Below are positions 55,505-63,741 of a stretch of DNA of 64,000 bases, piece after piece. The notes under the pieces were generated by a model. It was not told the DNA's origin. It did no database searches and worked only from the letters and a program-made list of their open reading frames with translations. Position numbers and translations under genes: made by a program. Numbering within the stretch: position 1 is the stretch's first letter; every line of letters starts with the position of its first letter. The stretch comes from Spirochaetota bacterium (lineage in GTDB: Bacteria; Spirochaetota; UBA4802; UBA5550), in assembly GCA_016929135.1 (NCBI GenBank), contig JAFGJK010000142.1, forward strand, positions 2,059 to 66,058. The letters run 5' to 3'.

Positions 55505-55849
55505 ATGAATCTTCAGTCAAAGGTAATCGACAACATCGTCATCATCTATCCCAGGGGACGGCTGGACTTCACCCTCTCCATGGCCTTCGAGAAGGCCCTG
55601 GGGCAGATCATGAACGAAAACAAGGAGCGCCACTTCGTCATCAATATGAGGGATATCGACTACATCAACAGCTCCACACTGCGGGTGATCGCCGTCCTGG
55701 CCCAGAACCTCCAGAAGAGGAATCTGAAGCTGGTCACCTGCGACACCAGGGGGATCGTGCGCCGGGTCTTCGAGATCACCAACGTCCTGGACCTCATAGA
55801 GGTCGCCGGCTCCGAGGAGGATGCGGTGGCCATCCTGAAGGGCCCCTGA
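55505..55849 (+). CDS. STAS-domain anti-sigma-factor antagonist (SpoIIAA/RsbV-like)
   Basis: 114 aa with GRLDF......F...L, and DIDYINSSTLRVI in the position of the phosphorylatable DSSG-type serine. Confidence 0.85.
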   Translation: MNLQSKVIDNIVIIYPRGRLDFTLSMAFEKALGQIMNENKERHFVINMRDIDYINSSTLRVIAVLAQNLQKRNLKLVTCDTRGIVRRVFEITNVLDLIEVAGSEEDAVAILKGP

Positions 55850-55878
55850 CCGTCCGGTATCTCTATCCTTAAATACCC

Positions 55879-56863
55879 TCAGGGGCGCACGGTGATGGTC
55901 GCAAGGGAGGGGAATCCCCCCGAGGCCGCCACCGCCGGGGCCCAGGTGACGCCGTCGTCTGAGTAGATGATGGACGGTTCGTTGGTGGCTGCCACGAACC
56001 TTCCCACCCCGTAGGCCATTACCTGTATATCGAAGATATTTGCCGCGGCTGGCTGAAGGCGGCTCCAGGATATGCCGCTGGCGGAGACCCATATCTTCCC
56101 GCTGTTGGCACCGGCGACGAAGATTCCGTCGCCGTGGGCGATGCAGTTTGTGCTGTCTGCATCGGCCGGCGGAAGGTTCCCCGAGAGATGGGTCCCGTCC
56201 ATGGTCGACATGATGCAGGCCCCCGCAGTGTTGCCGTCCCATCCGACCAGGTAAAAGAGGTCGTTGTGGAACAGGATATCATTGAAGGTTATATTTGCCG
56301 GGTTGGCCGAATTGATCCAGTTGGTCCCGTCCGTGGAGGTGTAGACCTTGGTGTCCCCCGCATAGAGGTAGAGGCCGTTTCCGTGGGCCACGCAGTACAT
56401 GTCAGCGGAGCCCAGCGCGAGCACCTCCTGGTCAGGTGGAGCCGTCGTATGAACGCAGGATCCCCTCATGGTGCGCAATGAGGAGGGCGCCGTCGGCATA
56501 GATACAATCCTCCGTGACGAACGTGAAGGTGGGATTTATAAAGTTCGTTGTCAGGGACAGCCAGGAATATCCGTCTTGTGAATATACCACATTGGTGTAC
56601 GACCCGTCCCCCCCGGCGGCGAAGAAGCCCCAGGGGGTGTGCACCGAGGCGTTCAGATCGTTGCCGGCGATCATCAGATGGGGTCCGGTCCAGACAATGC
56701 CGTCTTTCGAGGTGTAGATACTGCTGTTGACGCCTGCTGCCACGAATGCCGTTTCACCGCTCTCCGTGTGCTGCTCTAGGGCGTCCCTGTCGCCGAAGGC
56801 GCAGGAGGAGATGCCTAGGCAAAGCATCGCCAGGAGCGGGAGTGAGAAAGTGGCCCGCTTCAT
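55879..56863 (-). pseudogene. BNR/beta-propeller-like lipoprotein split by a frameshift (ORFs 56432..56863 and 55879..56499)
   Basis: Lipobox LGISSC. A repeated x-S/T-x-DG-x-x-W unit appears in both ORFs (TSKDGIVW, YSQDGYSW, TSTDGTNW, SASGISW and YSDDGVTW). ORF1 stops inside such a unit (RSYDGST-stop) and the +1 frame continues the repeat pattern. Confidence 0.6.
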
Positions 56864-56873
56864 GTCCCCCTTC

Positions 56874-57563
56874 TCAGTGCCGCTGTACGAAGGTGCGCCA
56901 GGAGGCGCCGAACCAGGCCTGGTGCCCGTCGGTGTTCCGCCTGGGACTCCCCACCGGCGTGTAGCCGTAGTTGTACTCGGCGAAGACCGAGGCGCTCTCT
57001 GTAAGGGTCACCTCCAGCCCGGCACCGCCCACAATCCCCAGGGAGCCCAGGTGCGTCTCCCTGTCGCCTGCGCCGCTCCTCCCCTCGCAGGAGAAGGCGT
57101 AGTAGTAGAGGAGCCGCGGCGCCGCCAGAAGATACCCCTGCCAGAGCAGGCCCAGGAGGGGGAGGCCGTAGACTGCCCTGACCCCTGCGTCCAGGGAGAG
57201 CAGGTGCAGCCGGTTCTCGGTGTAGACCAGGTCGGAGTTCCGCTCCACGATGCTGTCCCGGATCCAGAAGTAGCGGTAGGTGAGCCGCCCGTAGAGGTCG
57301 ATGCCGTTGCCGAAACGGTTCCGGAGTCTGAGATAGTCGAACTCGGCGAAGATCCCGAGGCCCCGGTCGTAGTACTCAGAGAGCTCGTCGTCCTGCAGGT
57401 TCATGAGCAGGGGGGGGGAAAGGGCGAAGCGGAGCCGCGGGGCGAAGGACTCCATCTGCCGCCGCTGTGCCAGCTCCCCGGGGTCAGCGCCCCGGGCCGG
57501 CCGCGCCATGAGACCGCCCGCGGCGAGTATCAGCAGTACGGCGATGATTCGGTTCCCCTTCAT
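56874..57563 (-). CDS. Secreted hypothetical protein, possible small outer-membrane beta-barrel
   Basis: Signal peptide MKGNRIIAVLLILAAGGLMARPARGA, with an alternating aromatic/hydrophobic strand pattern through to the C-terminus. Confidence 0.55.
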   Translation of the reverse strand: MKGNRIIAVLLILAAGGLMARPARGADPGELAQRRQMESFAPRLRFALSPPLLMNLQDDELSEYYDRGLGIFAEFDYLRLRNRFGNGIDLYGRLTYRYFWIRDSIVERNSDLVYTENRLHLLSLDAGVRAVYGLPLLGLLWQGYLLAAPRLLYYYAFSCEGRSGAGDRETHLGSLGIVGGAGLEVTLTESASVFAEYNYGYTPVGSPRRNTDGHQAWFGASWRTFVQRH

Positions 57564-57655
57564 TCCTTGTACCCCGCTATCCGTGACTATGGAGGTGAAG
57601 TATACATGATTCCCGGATCAATGGCAAGCGGATTTTTCTCAAATCCCACTTCGGC

Positions 57656-58648
57656 TCAGTCCGGGTTGCAGTAGAGGGTGATGCCGGTGACGACCTTCCC
57701 GCGGGCGCGGAAGCGCATGCCGCAGTAGCCGCTGTCACCCACGTCATAGCCGAGCTCGGCCCCGTCGTCCGACGAGGGGACACCGAAGCGCCTGAAGAGG
57801 TTCTGCACGGGCCCCCCCAGGAGCTCCAGCCCGGGGATGAGCTCGCCAGAGGTTATCTCCATCGACACCAGGAGGTCCCTCCCCGAGGGGATACTCCAGA
57901 CGGTGATGACAAGGCCCCGGTATTCCATGCGTTCGACGATGTTCTTGCTGGCCGGATCGTGGATGTTGGGATGCTTGTTCGAGAGAACCTCCCGGGGCCG
58001 GCCGAGGTTCGCCAGGATCGACTTCTTGTCATCGCCGAAGCGGTGGAAGGTGCCGTTGAAGTAGGCCTCTATCTCCCTGTCGTAGCGCTCCTGATCCCTG
58101 CGATCGTACCTGATGCCGTAGTCCGGGATGCGTATGAATGAGAGATCCGAGTCCAGGGCGTATCCGGTCATCGACTGCCATCGCGCCTTCACGTAGCCGA
58201 AGATGCCGCCGCCGCGCTGCTCCACGGTGGCCCGGTCCGGCTCCAGTATCTCCAGCCGCTCGCCGTAGGGTATTGCCGCGAGCTCGCCGGCGGAGAAGGA
58301 GGGATCCCTCTTCAGGGAAAGGCCCCCCCTCGTTGATACCCAGGCGGTGCGGAGCGACTCGTAGGGGATCAGGTATCCCCCGAAGACCCAGCCGGTCATG
58401 GTGTAGTGCCGGACCCTGGTCCAGTGCCCCTTCCTGCCGCCGATGGTTTCACGGTTTCCCCGCTCCAGCACCGCCACCTTCGTGTTGGCAGGCAGCACCA
58501 TTAGCCTCCTGGCGCTGGGCGATGGTCCCTCCCTGAGCACCAGCCCGGACCTGGGCTCGACGATGGCGTAGCGCTGCGGCTCCACCGCGCAGGCGGCGAG
58601 CGTTGCCAGGAAGAGAAGCGAAACGATGATGGCCCTGTGACACTTCAT
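57656..58648 (-). CDS. SH3b-domain lipoprotein
   Basis: Lipobox LATLAAC from ATG 58648. There are two SH3_3-like units (LVLREGPSPSARRLMVLPANTKVAVLE...WTRVRH..MTGWVFGGYL, and LSLKRDPSFSAGELAAIPYGERLEIL). Confidence 0.7.
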   Translation of the reverse strand: MKCHRAIIVSLLFLATLAACAVEPQRYAIVEPRSGLVLREGPSPSARRLMVLPANTKVAVLERGNRETIGGRKGHWTRVRHYTMTGWVFGGYLIPYESLRTAWVSTRGGLSLKRDPSFSAGELAAIPYGERLEILEPDRATVEQRGGGIFGYVKARWQSMTGYALDSDLSFIRIPDYGIRYDRRDQERYDREIEAYFNGTFHRFGDDKKSILANLGRPREVLSNKHPNIHDPASKNIVERMEYRGLVITVWSIPSGRDLLVSMEITSGELIPGLELLGGPVQNLFRRFGVPSSDDGAELGYDVGDSGYCGMRFRARGKVVTGITLYCNPD

Positions 58649-58652
58649 GACA

Positions 58653-59255
58653 TTACCTCTCGATTGATGATGGGGCGCCGGTATCCCCTCCGGTCTCCGG
58701 TTCGTTACCGCCGCGACGCCGAAGACGGCGGACTGCCACGAAGGTGATACCGGCACACAGGAGGAGCGCCATGACCAGGAGTTCGTAGCGCCGCACCTCC
58801 CCCAGGAGGAGCTCCACGGCGTTGCCGAAGAGGTAGCCCGCGGTGCCGATGGCGGCGGCCCAGACCGCGGCGCTCGCGGTGTTGAGGAGGAGGAATCGCC
58901 AGGCGGATATGCTGCTCATGCCGATGGCGAAGGGGGATATGGTGCGTATGCCGTAGACGAACCTGAAGCCCAGAATGATAATCGTGCCGTAGCGGTCCAT
59001 CATGGCGTTGAACCGCCGGAGTCTCTTCCTGAGGCGGGGCCGCCGCTCCGCCAGGGCCCGCCCCCGGTAACGGCCTATGAAAAAGTAGAGCTGGTCCCCC
59101 AGGAGGCTTCCGGCAAAGGCCGCGGCGATGGCCAAATGAAGGTCCAGATATCCCCTGTGGGCCGCGAAGCCGGCAATCACCAGCACCGTCTCCCCTTCGA
59201 AGAAGGTGCCGAAAAAGATCACCGGATACCCGTACTGGAGGATGAATGATTCCAT
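58653..59255 (-). CDS. DedA-family membrane protein
   Basis: YGYPVIFFGTFFEGETVLVIAGFAA and GDQLYFFIGRYRG are signatures of the DedA/SNARE-associated family. Confidence 0.85.
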   Translation of the reverse strand: MESFILQYGYPVIFFGTFFEGETVLVIAGFAAHRGYLDLHLAIAAAFAGSLLGDQLYFFIGRYRGRALAERRPRLRKRLRRFNAMMDRYGTIIILGFRFVYGIRTISPFAIGMSSISAWRFLLLNTASAAVWAAAIGTAGYLFGNAVELLLGEVRRYELLVMALLLCAGITFVAVRRLRRRGGNEPETGGDTGAPSSIER

Positions 59256-59529
59256 AATACCTGCAGGCTCCAGAGATGGCACGATGAGGGGTGCCTGTCA
59301 ATCAGTTTTACCGGTGCTCCCGCCGGGGCACCGGCTATGGTTTCCACGGCCATTCCCCCCGCGGGCTCTGACCCGGCGGTTCGGTGCGACGGCACTGGCG
59401 TATATCTCCCGGTGCGGTTCCCCCGGGGAATAGATTTTTTTTATCATTTTCCCCGATTTTCTTCTTGAAACAGAGGCGCATCGGATGGTTGGTGTTTTTG
59501 AATCAATATTCATTTACGAGGAGAGGAGG

Positions 59530-60189
59530 ATGAAGATTCGTGCCAGGACCGACGGCCACAAGGGGATAAAGCGGCGCAGGCTCCTGGATTCAGCCAGGGA
59601 GCTCTTCTCCCGTCAGGGCTACGGCGGCACCACCATCAGCCAGATCACCGCCGGCGCCAGGGAGAGTACCGGCACCTTCTACCTCTATTTCAAGAGCAAG
59701 ATCGAGATATACCGTATCCTCTCCGTCGAGGGCATCGGGCTCCTCCGCGGGATGATGGAGGAGACACTGCGGCGCCCCCTGGGCGACGCGGCGTCGCGGC
59801 TCGACGCCATCGCCCGGACCTACCTGGAGTTCTACAGGGCGCATAACGACTACTACCGCATCATCGCCATCATGCACCTGGGGCAGGAGGAATTCATGAG
59901 CGACCAGGATATGCTCGCACCGGTGATCGACGAGATGCTGGCCATGATACGCGTGCTGGAGGGCGTCATCCAGCAGGGGATGGAGCGGGATGAGATCGTG
60001 CCGGTGGACGCCTACACCGTCACCAGCGTGCTCTGGGGGATGATGGACGGCATCATGCTCCTGGACCAGCGGAGCGTCACCGGCATCATGAATATCCCCA
60101 TAGAACGGATGTTGTCAACGGCTATGGAGCTGTCGCTGCGGGGGCTCCTGAAGGCCCCGGACGTCGCCGTCAGGGGCCTGAAGGAATGA
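59530..60189 (+). CDS. TetR/AcrR-family transcriptional regulator
   Basis: RRRLLDSARELFSRQGYGGTTISQITAGARESTGTFYLYFKSK HTH. ATG 59530 follows GAGGAGGA. Confidence 0.85.
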   Translation: MKIRARTDGHKGIKRRRLLDSARELFSRQGYGGTTISQITAGARESTGTFYLYFKSKIEIYRILSVEGIGLLRGMMEETLRRPLGDAASRLDAIARTYLEFYRAHNDYYRIIAIMHLGQEEFMSDQDMLAPVIDEMLAMIRVLEGVIQQGMERDEIVPVDAYTVTSVLWGMMDGIMLLDQRSVTGIMNIPIERMLSTAMELSLRGLLKAPDVAVRGLKE

Positions 60190-60190
60190 G

Positions 60191-60847
60191 GTGTTGACCG
60201 TGGAGGACCTGAAATCGTACTGGGAGGAGAGATACGAGGCGGAAGAGAGGATCTGGGGTGAGGGGCCGTCGGTTTCGGCATCCATGGCCCTGGAGCGCTT
60301 CAGGGGATCGGGGGCGCGGAGCCTGCTGGTTCCCGGCGCCGGTTACGGAAGGAACGCCGCCCTCTTCGCTCGTGCCGGGTTCGCCGTCACCGGCATCGAG
60401 ATATCCGCGCTGGCATGCCGTCTCGCCGGTGAGTTCTGTCCGGAGATCAGGATGGTCTGCGGATCGGTGACCGGATACGACCCCGGCGGGTCCCGTTTCG
60501 ACGCAATCTACTGCTTCAACCTTCTCCATCTCTTCCTCGCGGCGGATCGGGAGCGGATAATCGAATGCTGGCGGTCGATGCTCGCCGGTCCGGGACTCAT
60601 CTTCTGCGCCGTCTGCTCCGAGCAGGACGCCGGGTACGGCCGCGGGCCCCTGGTGGAGCCCGACACATTCGAGAGCAAGCCGGGGAGGCCGGTGCACTAC
60701 TTCACCGAATCCGACCTGCGGGCCCATTTCAAGAGGTTCGACATCCTCGAAACCAGCATCCTGCGAGACGAGGAGAATCACGGGAAGGAGGGCCCGCACA
60801 CCCATGTGCTGCGGTACCTCTTCGCGCGGAGGGATGCGGCGGCATGA
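60191..60847 (+). CDS. Class I SAM-dependent methyltransferase
   Basis: LLVPGAGYGRNAALFARAGFAVTGIEIS (motif I plus an acidic residue), and FDAIYCFNLLHLF. It has a GTG start 1 nt after the tetR stop. Confidence 0.75.
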   Translation: MLTVEDLKSYWEERYEAEERIWGEGPSVSASMALERFRGSGARSLLVPGAGYGRNAALFARAGFAVTGIEISALACRLAGEFCPEIRMVCGSVTGYDPGGSRFDAIYCFNLLHLFLAADRERIIECWRSMLAGPGLIFCAVCSEQDAGYGRGPLVEPDTFESKPGRPVHYFTESDLRAHFKRFDILETSILRDEENHGKEGPHTHVLRYLFARRDAAA

Positions 60848-61185
60848 TGCGGGAGGGCCCGGCGAGGGAGCACCTGCATGTCCCGCCGGGGGGGGAGGCC
60901 CGGGCGCCGGCCTGGACCTATTCCGTCCTGGAGGAGGGTGTCGTGCCGGTGGAGGGGCGGGACCTGGTCTATGTACTGGGGGATGCGGCGGTGGGGAGCG
61001 CCTGCGTCGGCGGCGGGATGGTGCGCGTTGTCGTCGTACCGGGCTTCATGCTCCTGACGGAGGCGGCGCGGACCGGCGGCTCCAGGGTGAGCCTCGTGGA
61101 GCCGGTAAGGGACGAAGGGATGAAGGAGAGGATACGGGCCGCCCTGGCCGTCCTCCACCCCCACATACAGGCGGTGTTCCTCTAG
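60844..61185 (+). CDS. Hypothetical protein (113 aa)
   Basis: ATGA overlap with the methyltransferase stop. No motif was recognised, and in GC-rich DNA an open frame alone is weak evidence. Confidence 0.35.
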   Translation: MMREGPAREHLHVPPGGEARAPAWTYSVLEEGVVPVEGRDLVYVLGDAAVGSACVGGGMVRVVVVPGFMLLTEAARTGGSRVSLVEPVRDEGMKERIRAALAVLHPHIQAVFL

Positions 61186-61616
61186 CGCCGGCCACCGGCC
61201 GGGCCGGATCTCAGGGCCGGCCCGACGGCCAGCAGATAGTTCGAGAGCAGGATCGAGACGGCGATGACCATGTGCGTCGACGAGAGGGCGATCTTCGTCG
61301 CGGCATCGGCACCGTGGCTCGCGGGACCGGTGGTCCATGCGGCCGTGACGATGATCACCGCCACGACGAACACCGGCCAGGGACGGCGCACCAGCCTCCC
61401 CAGTCCGTAGAGGAGGAGGGCGGCGGCCGCCGAGACCACGTAGCATTCCGGTATCATATCCATGACCTGCAGCGGCCTGGGACCGGTATCGTCCGGGGCG
61501 AGCAGCAGGAGCGACGCGCCGAAACGGGGCGCCGCGGCGACGATGGCCAGGTTCACGGCGAGCGACACGGTGCCGGCGGCCACCGCGGCCTTCAGGAGCC
61601 TGATGGGCCTTATCAC
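61182..61616 (-). CDS. Four-TM membrane protein, hypothetical
   Basis: Hydrophobic helices (AVAAGTVSLAVNLAIVAAA, YVVSAAAALLLYGL, WPVFVVAVIIVTAAW and MVIAVSILLSNYLLAV). It lies 4 nt downstream of the CDGSH gene on the same strand. Confidence 0.55.
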   Translation of the reverse strand: MIRPIRLLKAAVAAGTVSLAVNLAIVAAAPRFGASLLLLAPDDTGPRPLQVMDMIPECYVVSAAAALLLYGLGRLVRRPWPVFVVAVIIVTAAWTTGPASHGADAATKIALSSTHMVIAVSILLSNYLLAVGPALRSGPAGGRR

Positions 61617-61620
61617 GGCC

Positions 61621-62253
61621 TCATTCCTTCATTTTCTGGACCGGGAAGTGGCTGCCGTCGCAGAAGGGGGCGTTCCTCGTCTTCCCGCACCGGCAGAGGG
61701 CATAGTGCTCCCGGCTCGCCGGCACGCTTTCCATGTCGTCTTTGAGGATGATACCGCCGGTGATCTCCAGCGGGCCGTACTTGGATACCCGGATCCTCGG
61801 ATTCCGCTTCTGGTCCCTGAAGTGCCTACCGCCGATGCTGTAGCTCAGGGCCCCGGAGGGGCAGCGCTCTATTATCCTGATGATCTCCTCCACCACCGCC
61901 CCGTCGGGGTCGATCCAGGGGCGCAGCTCCTTCCTGAAGACCTGCGGGAGGCATCTGATGCAGGCGGCGTCGTGGGAGCAGACCCCCCGGTTGTCGTGGA
62001 TAGTGATGCCGGCACCCCGGTAGGACTTCACCCTGTCCGGCAACCGCCCCTCCCTCTTGTCTCCGACGAAACCGGCGCGGGAGTGGCTGCCGTCGCAGAA
62101 GGGCTTGCGGCACGATTCGCCGCACCGGCACAGCTCCATCACCGGGGCGGTGTCGATCCTGTTACCCCCGTGGTCCTCGAAGTGCTCCAGGTCGGTCACC
62201 ATGTAGGGGCTGAGCCTGGTGAAGATGATGCGCGGTTTCGATTTTTTCCCCAT
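61621..62253 (-). CDS. Protein with two CDGSH iron-sulfur domains flanking a Cys-containing central domain
   Basis: CRCGESCRKPFCDGSH and CRCGKTRNAPFCDGSH, with a central CSHDAACIRC...CPSGAL region. Confidence 0.8.
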   Translation of the reverse strand: MGKKSKPRIIFTRLSPYMVTDLEHFEDHGGNRIDTAPVMELCRCGESCRKPFCDGSHSRAGFVGDKREGRLPDRVKSYRGAGITIHDNRGVCSHDAACIRCLPQVFRKELRPWIDPDGAVVEEIIRIIERCPSGALSYSIGGRHFRDQKRNPRIRVSKYGPLEITGGIILKDDMESVPASREHYALCRCGKTRNAPFCDGSHFPVQKMKE

Positions 62254-62438
62254 GCCGGAGTTTTGCTCCTGAACCTGATCTGTAGGACTGCCGGCATCGT
62301 AGCGGTGTCGTAGGCGCCGGGCAAGCAGTAATTTCCCTGCGGTGCAGTCCCCGTCACCGCGGCGGGCCGGGAAGCTTCACGAAAGAAACAACAGGGCGGT
62401 TGAAGGGGCCGTCCGCTTTGTCTCCCGGCGCCGCATCA

Positions 62439-63698
62439 TCATCCCGGTCCCCTTTTCTTCAACGTCAGCATCATGATCCCGGCGGCGGCCAGGGAGGCCG
62501 CCAGGTAGAGGTAGGCCCACCGAAAGCTGCCGGTGGCGTCACGCACGAAGCCGGTGAGCGACGGCCCCAGGTAGCCGCCGACGTTGCCGCAGGAGTTGAT
62601 GAGCCCCACGGCCCCGGCGGCCGCTGCCCCCGAGAGGAAGGTGGTGGGGTAGGACCACCATACCCCGAAGGCGCCGAAGACGCCGATGGCGGTGACGCAC
62701 ACGAAGAGGAGGCTCGCCAGGGGATCGGAGGTCATCGCGCCGGCCCCCATACCCGCGGCGGCGATGAACATCGGCACCGCGCCGTGCCAGCGTTTTTCGC
62801 CGCGGCGCGAGGAGGAGATACCGATGAAAACCATGGCGGCCAGAGAGAGCCCCATGGGTATCACCACGGCCCACCCGATGGTGAAGGCGCTCCATCCCGA
62901 TACCGACTGGAGCACCGTGGGCATCCAGTAGTTGAAGCCCCAGTATCCGGTGATCCAGAGGAAGTAGATCAGGCAGAGCTTCAGCACCTCCCGGTCCCGG
63001 AGGGCCTGCCACACCGTGTAGTGGCGAACGGCCTTCTTCGCCTCGGTCTCCTGAAGGTACTGAAGCGTGAGCCGGTCCTTCTCCCCCTCGTCGAGCCACG
63101 ATACGTCGGCGGGACGGTCGGAGAGCCAGAACCAGAGGACGATCCCGAAGAGCACCGCCGGTACCGCCTCCAGGAGAAAGAGTATCTGCCACCCCATGAG
63201 CCCCCACGCCCGGATTCCCAGGACCCATCCGGCCAGGGGGGAGCCGATGATCGCCGACAGCTGCAGCGACGTGAGCATGAGGGCGATTGCCCTGGGGCGC
63301 TCTTCGGGGGTGAACCACCGTGGTATCACACTGGCGTAGGCCACCGGGTAGAAGCTCGCCTCTGCCGCCCCCAGGAGGAACCGCACGATGTAGAACTGCC
63401 ATTCGTTCTGTATGAAGGCCATCAGACCAGAGACGATACCCCAGGTGACCATGATGCGCGTGAGCCAGAGGCGAGGGCTCCACCGCTCGGCGATGAGGGC
63501 GCCGGGCACCTCCAGGAGCACGTATCCGGCGAAAAAGATGCCGGCGCCCGTGCCGAAGACGGCGGCGGAGAACCCCATGTCACGGTTCATGGTGAGCGCC
63601 GCGTAGGCGATGTTCACCCGGTCAAGGTAGGCGATCACCGAGCCGATGAAGAGCGGGAGCAGGACGTGCAGATTCCTGCGGGCATCCAGCGATCTCAT
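62439..63698 (-). CDS. MFS transporter (anion:cation-symporter-like)
   Basis: 419 aa with 12 hydrophobic segments. The N-terminus LPLFIGSVIAYLDRVNIAYAAL and ERWSPRLWL loop are typical of the ACS-type MFS. Confidence 0.85.
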   Translation of the reverse strand: MRSLDARRNLHVLLPLFIGSVIAYLDRVNIAYAALTMNRDMGFSAAVFGTGAGIFFAGYVLLEVPGALIAERWSPRLWLTRIMVTWGIVSGLMAFIQNEWQFYIVRFLLGAAEASFYPVAYASVIPRWFTPEERPRAIALMLTSLQLSAIIGSPLAGWVLGIRAWGLMGWQILFLLEAVPAVLFGIVLWFWLSDRPADVSWLDEGEKDRLTLQYLQETEAKKAVRHYTVWQALRDREVLKLCLIYFLWITGYWGFNYWMPTVLQSVSGWSAFTIGWAVVIPMGLSLAAMVFIGISSSRRGEKRWHGAVPMFIAAAGMGAGAMTSDPLASLLFVCVTAIGVFGAFGVWWSYPTTFLSGAAAAGAVGLINSCGNVGGYLGPSLTGFVRDATGSFRWAYLYLAASLAAAGIMMLTLKKRGPG

Positions 63699-63741
63699 GA
63701 CGGCCCCGCCGCGCCCTTCCGGCGGGATTGGCGTGTTCCCT

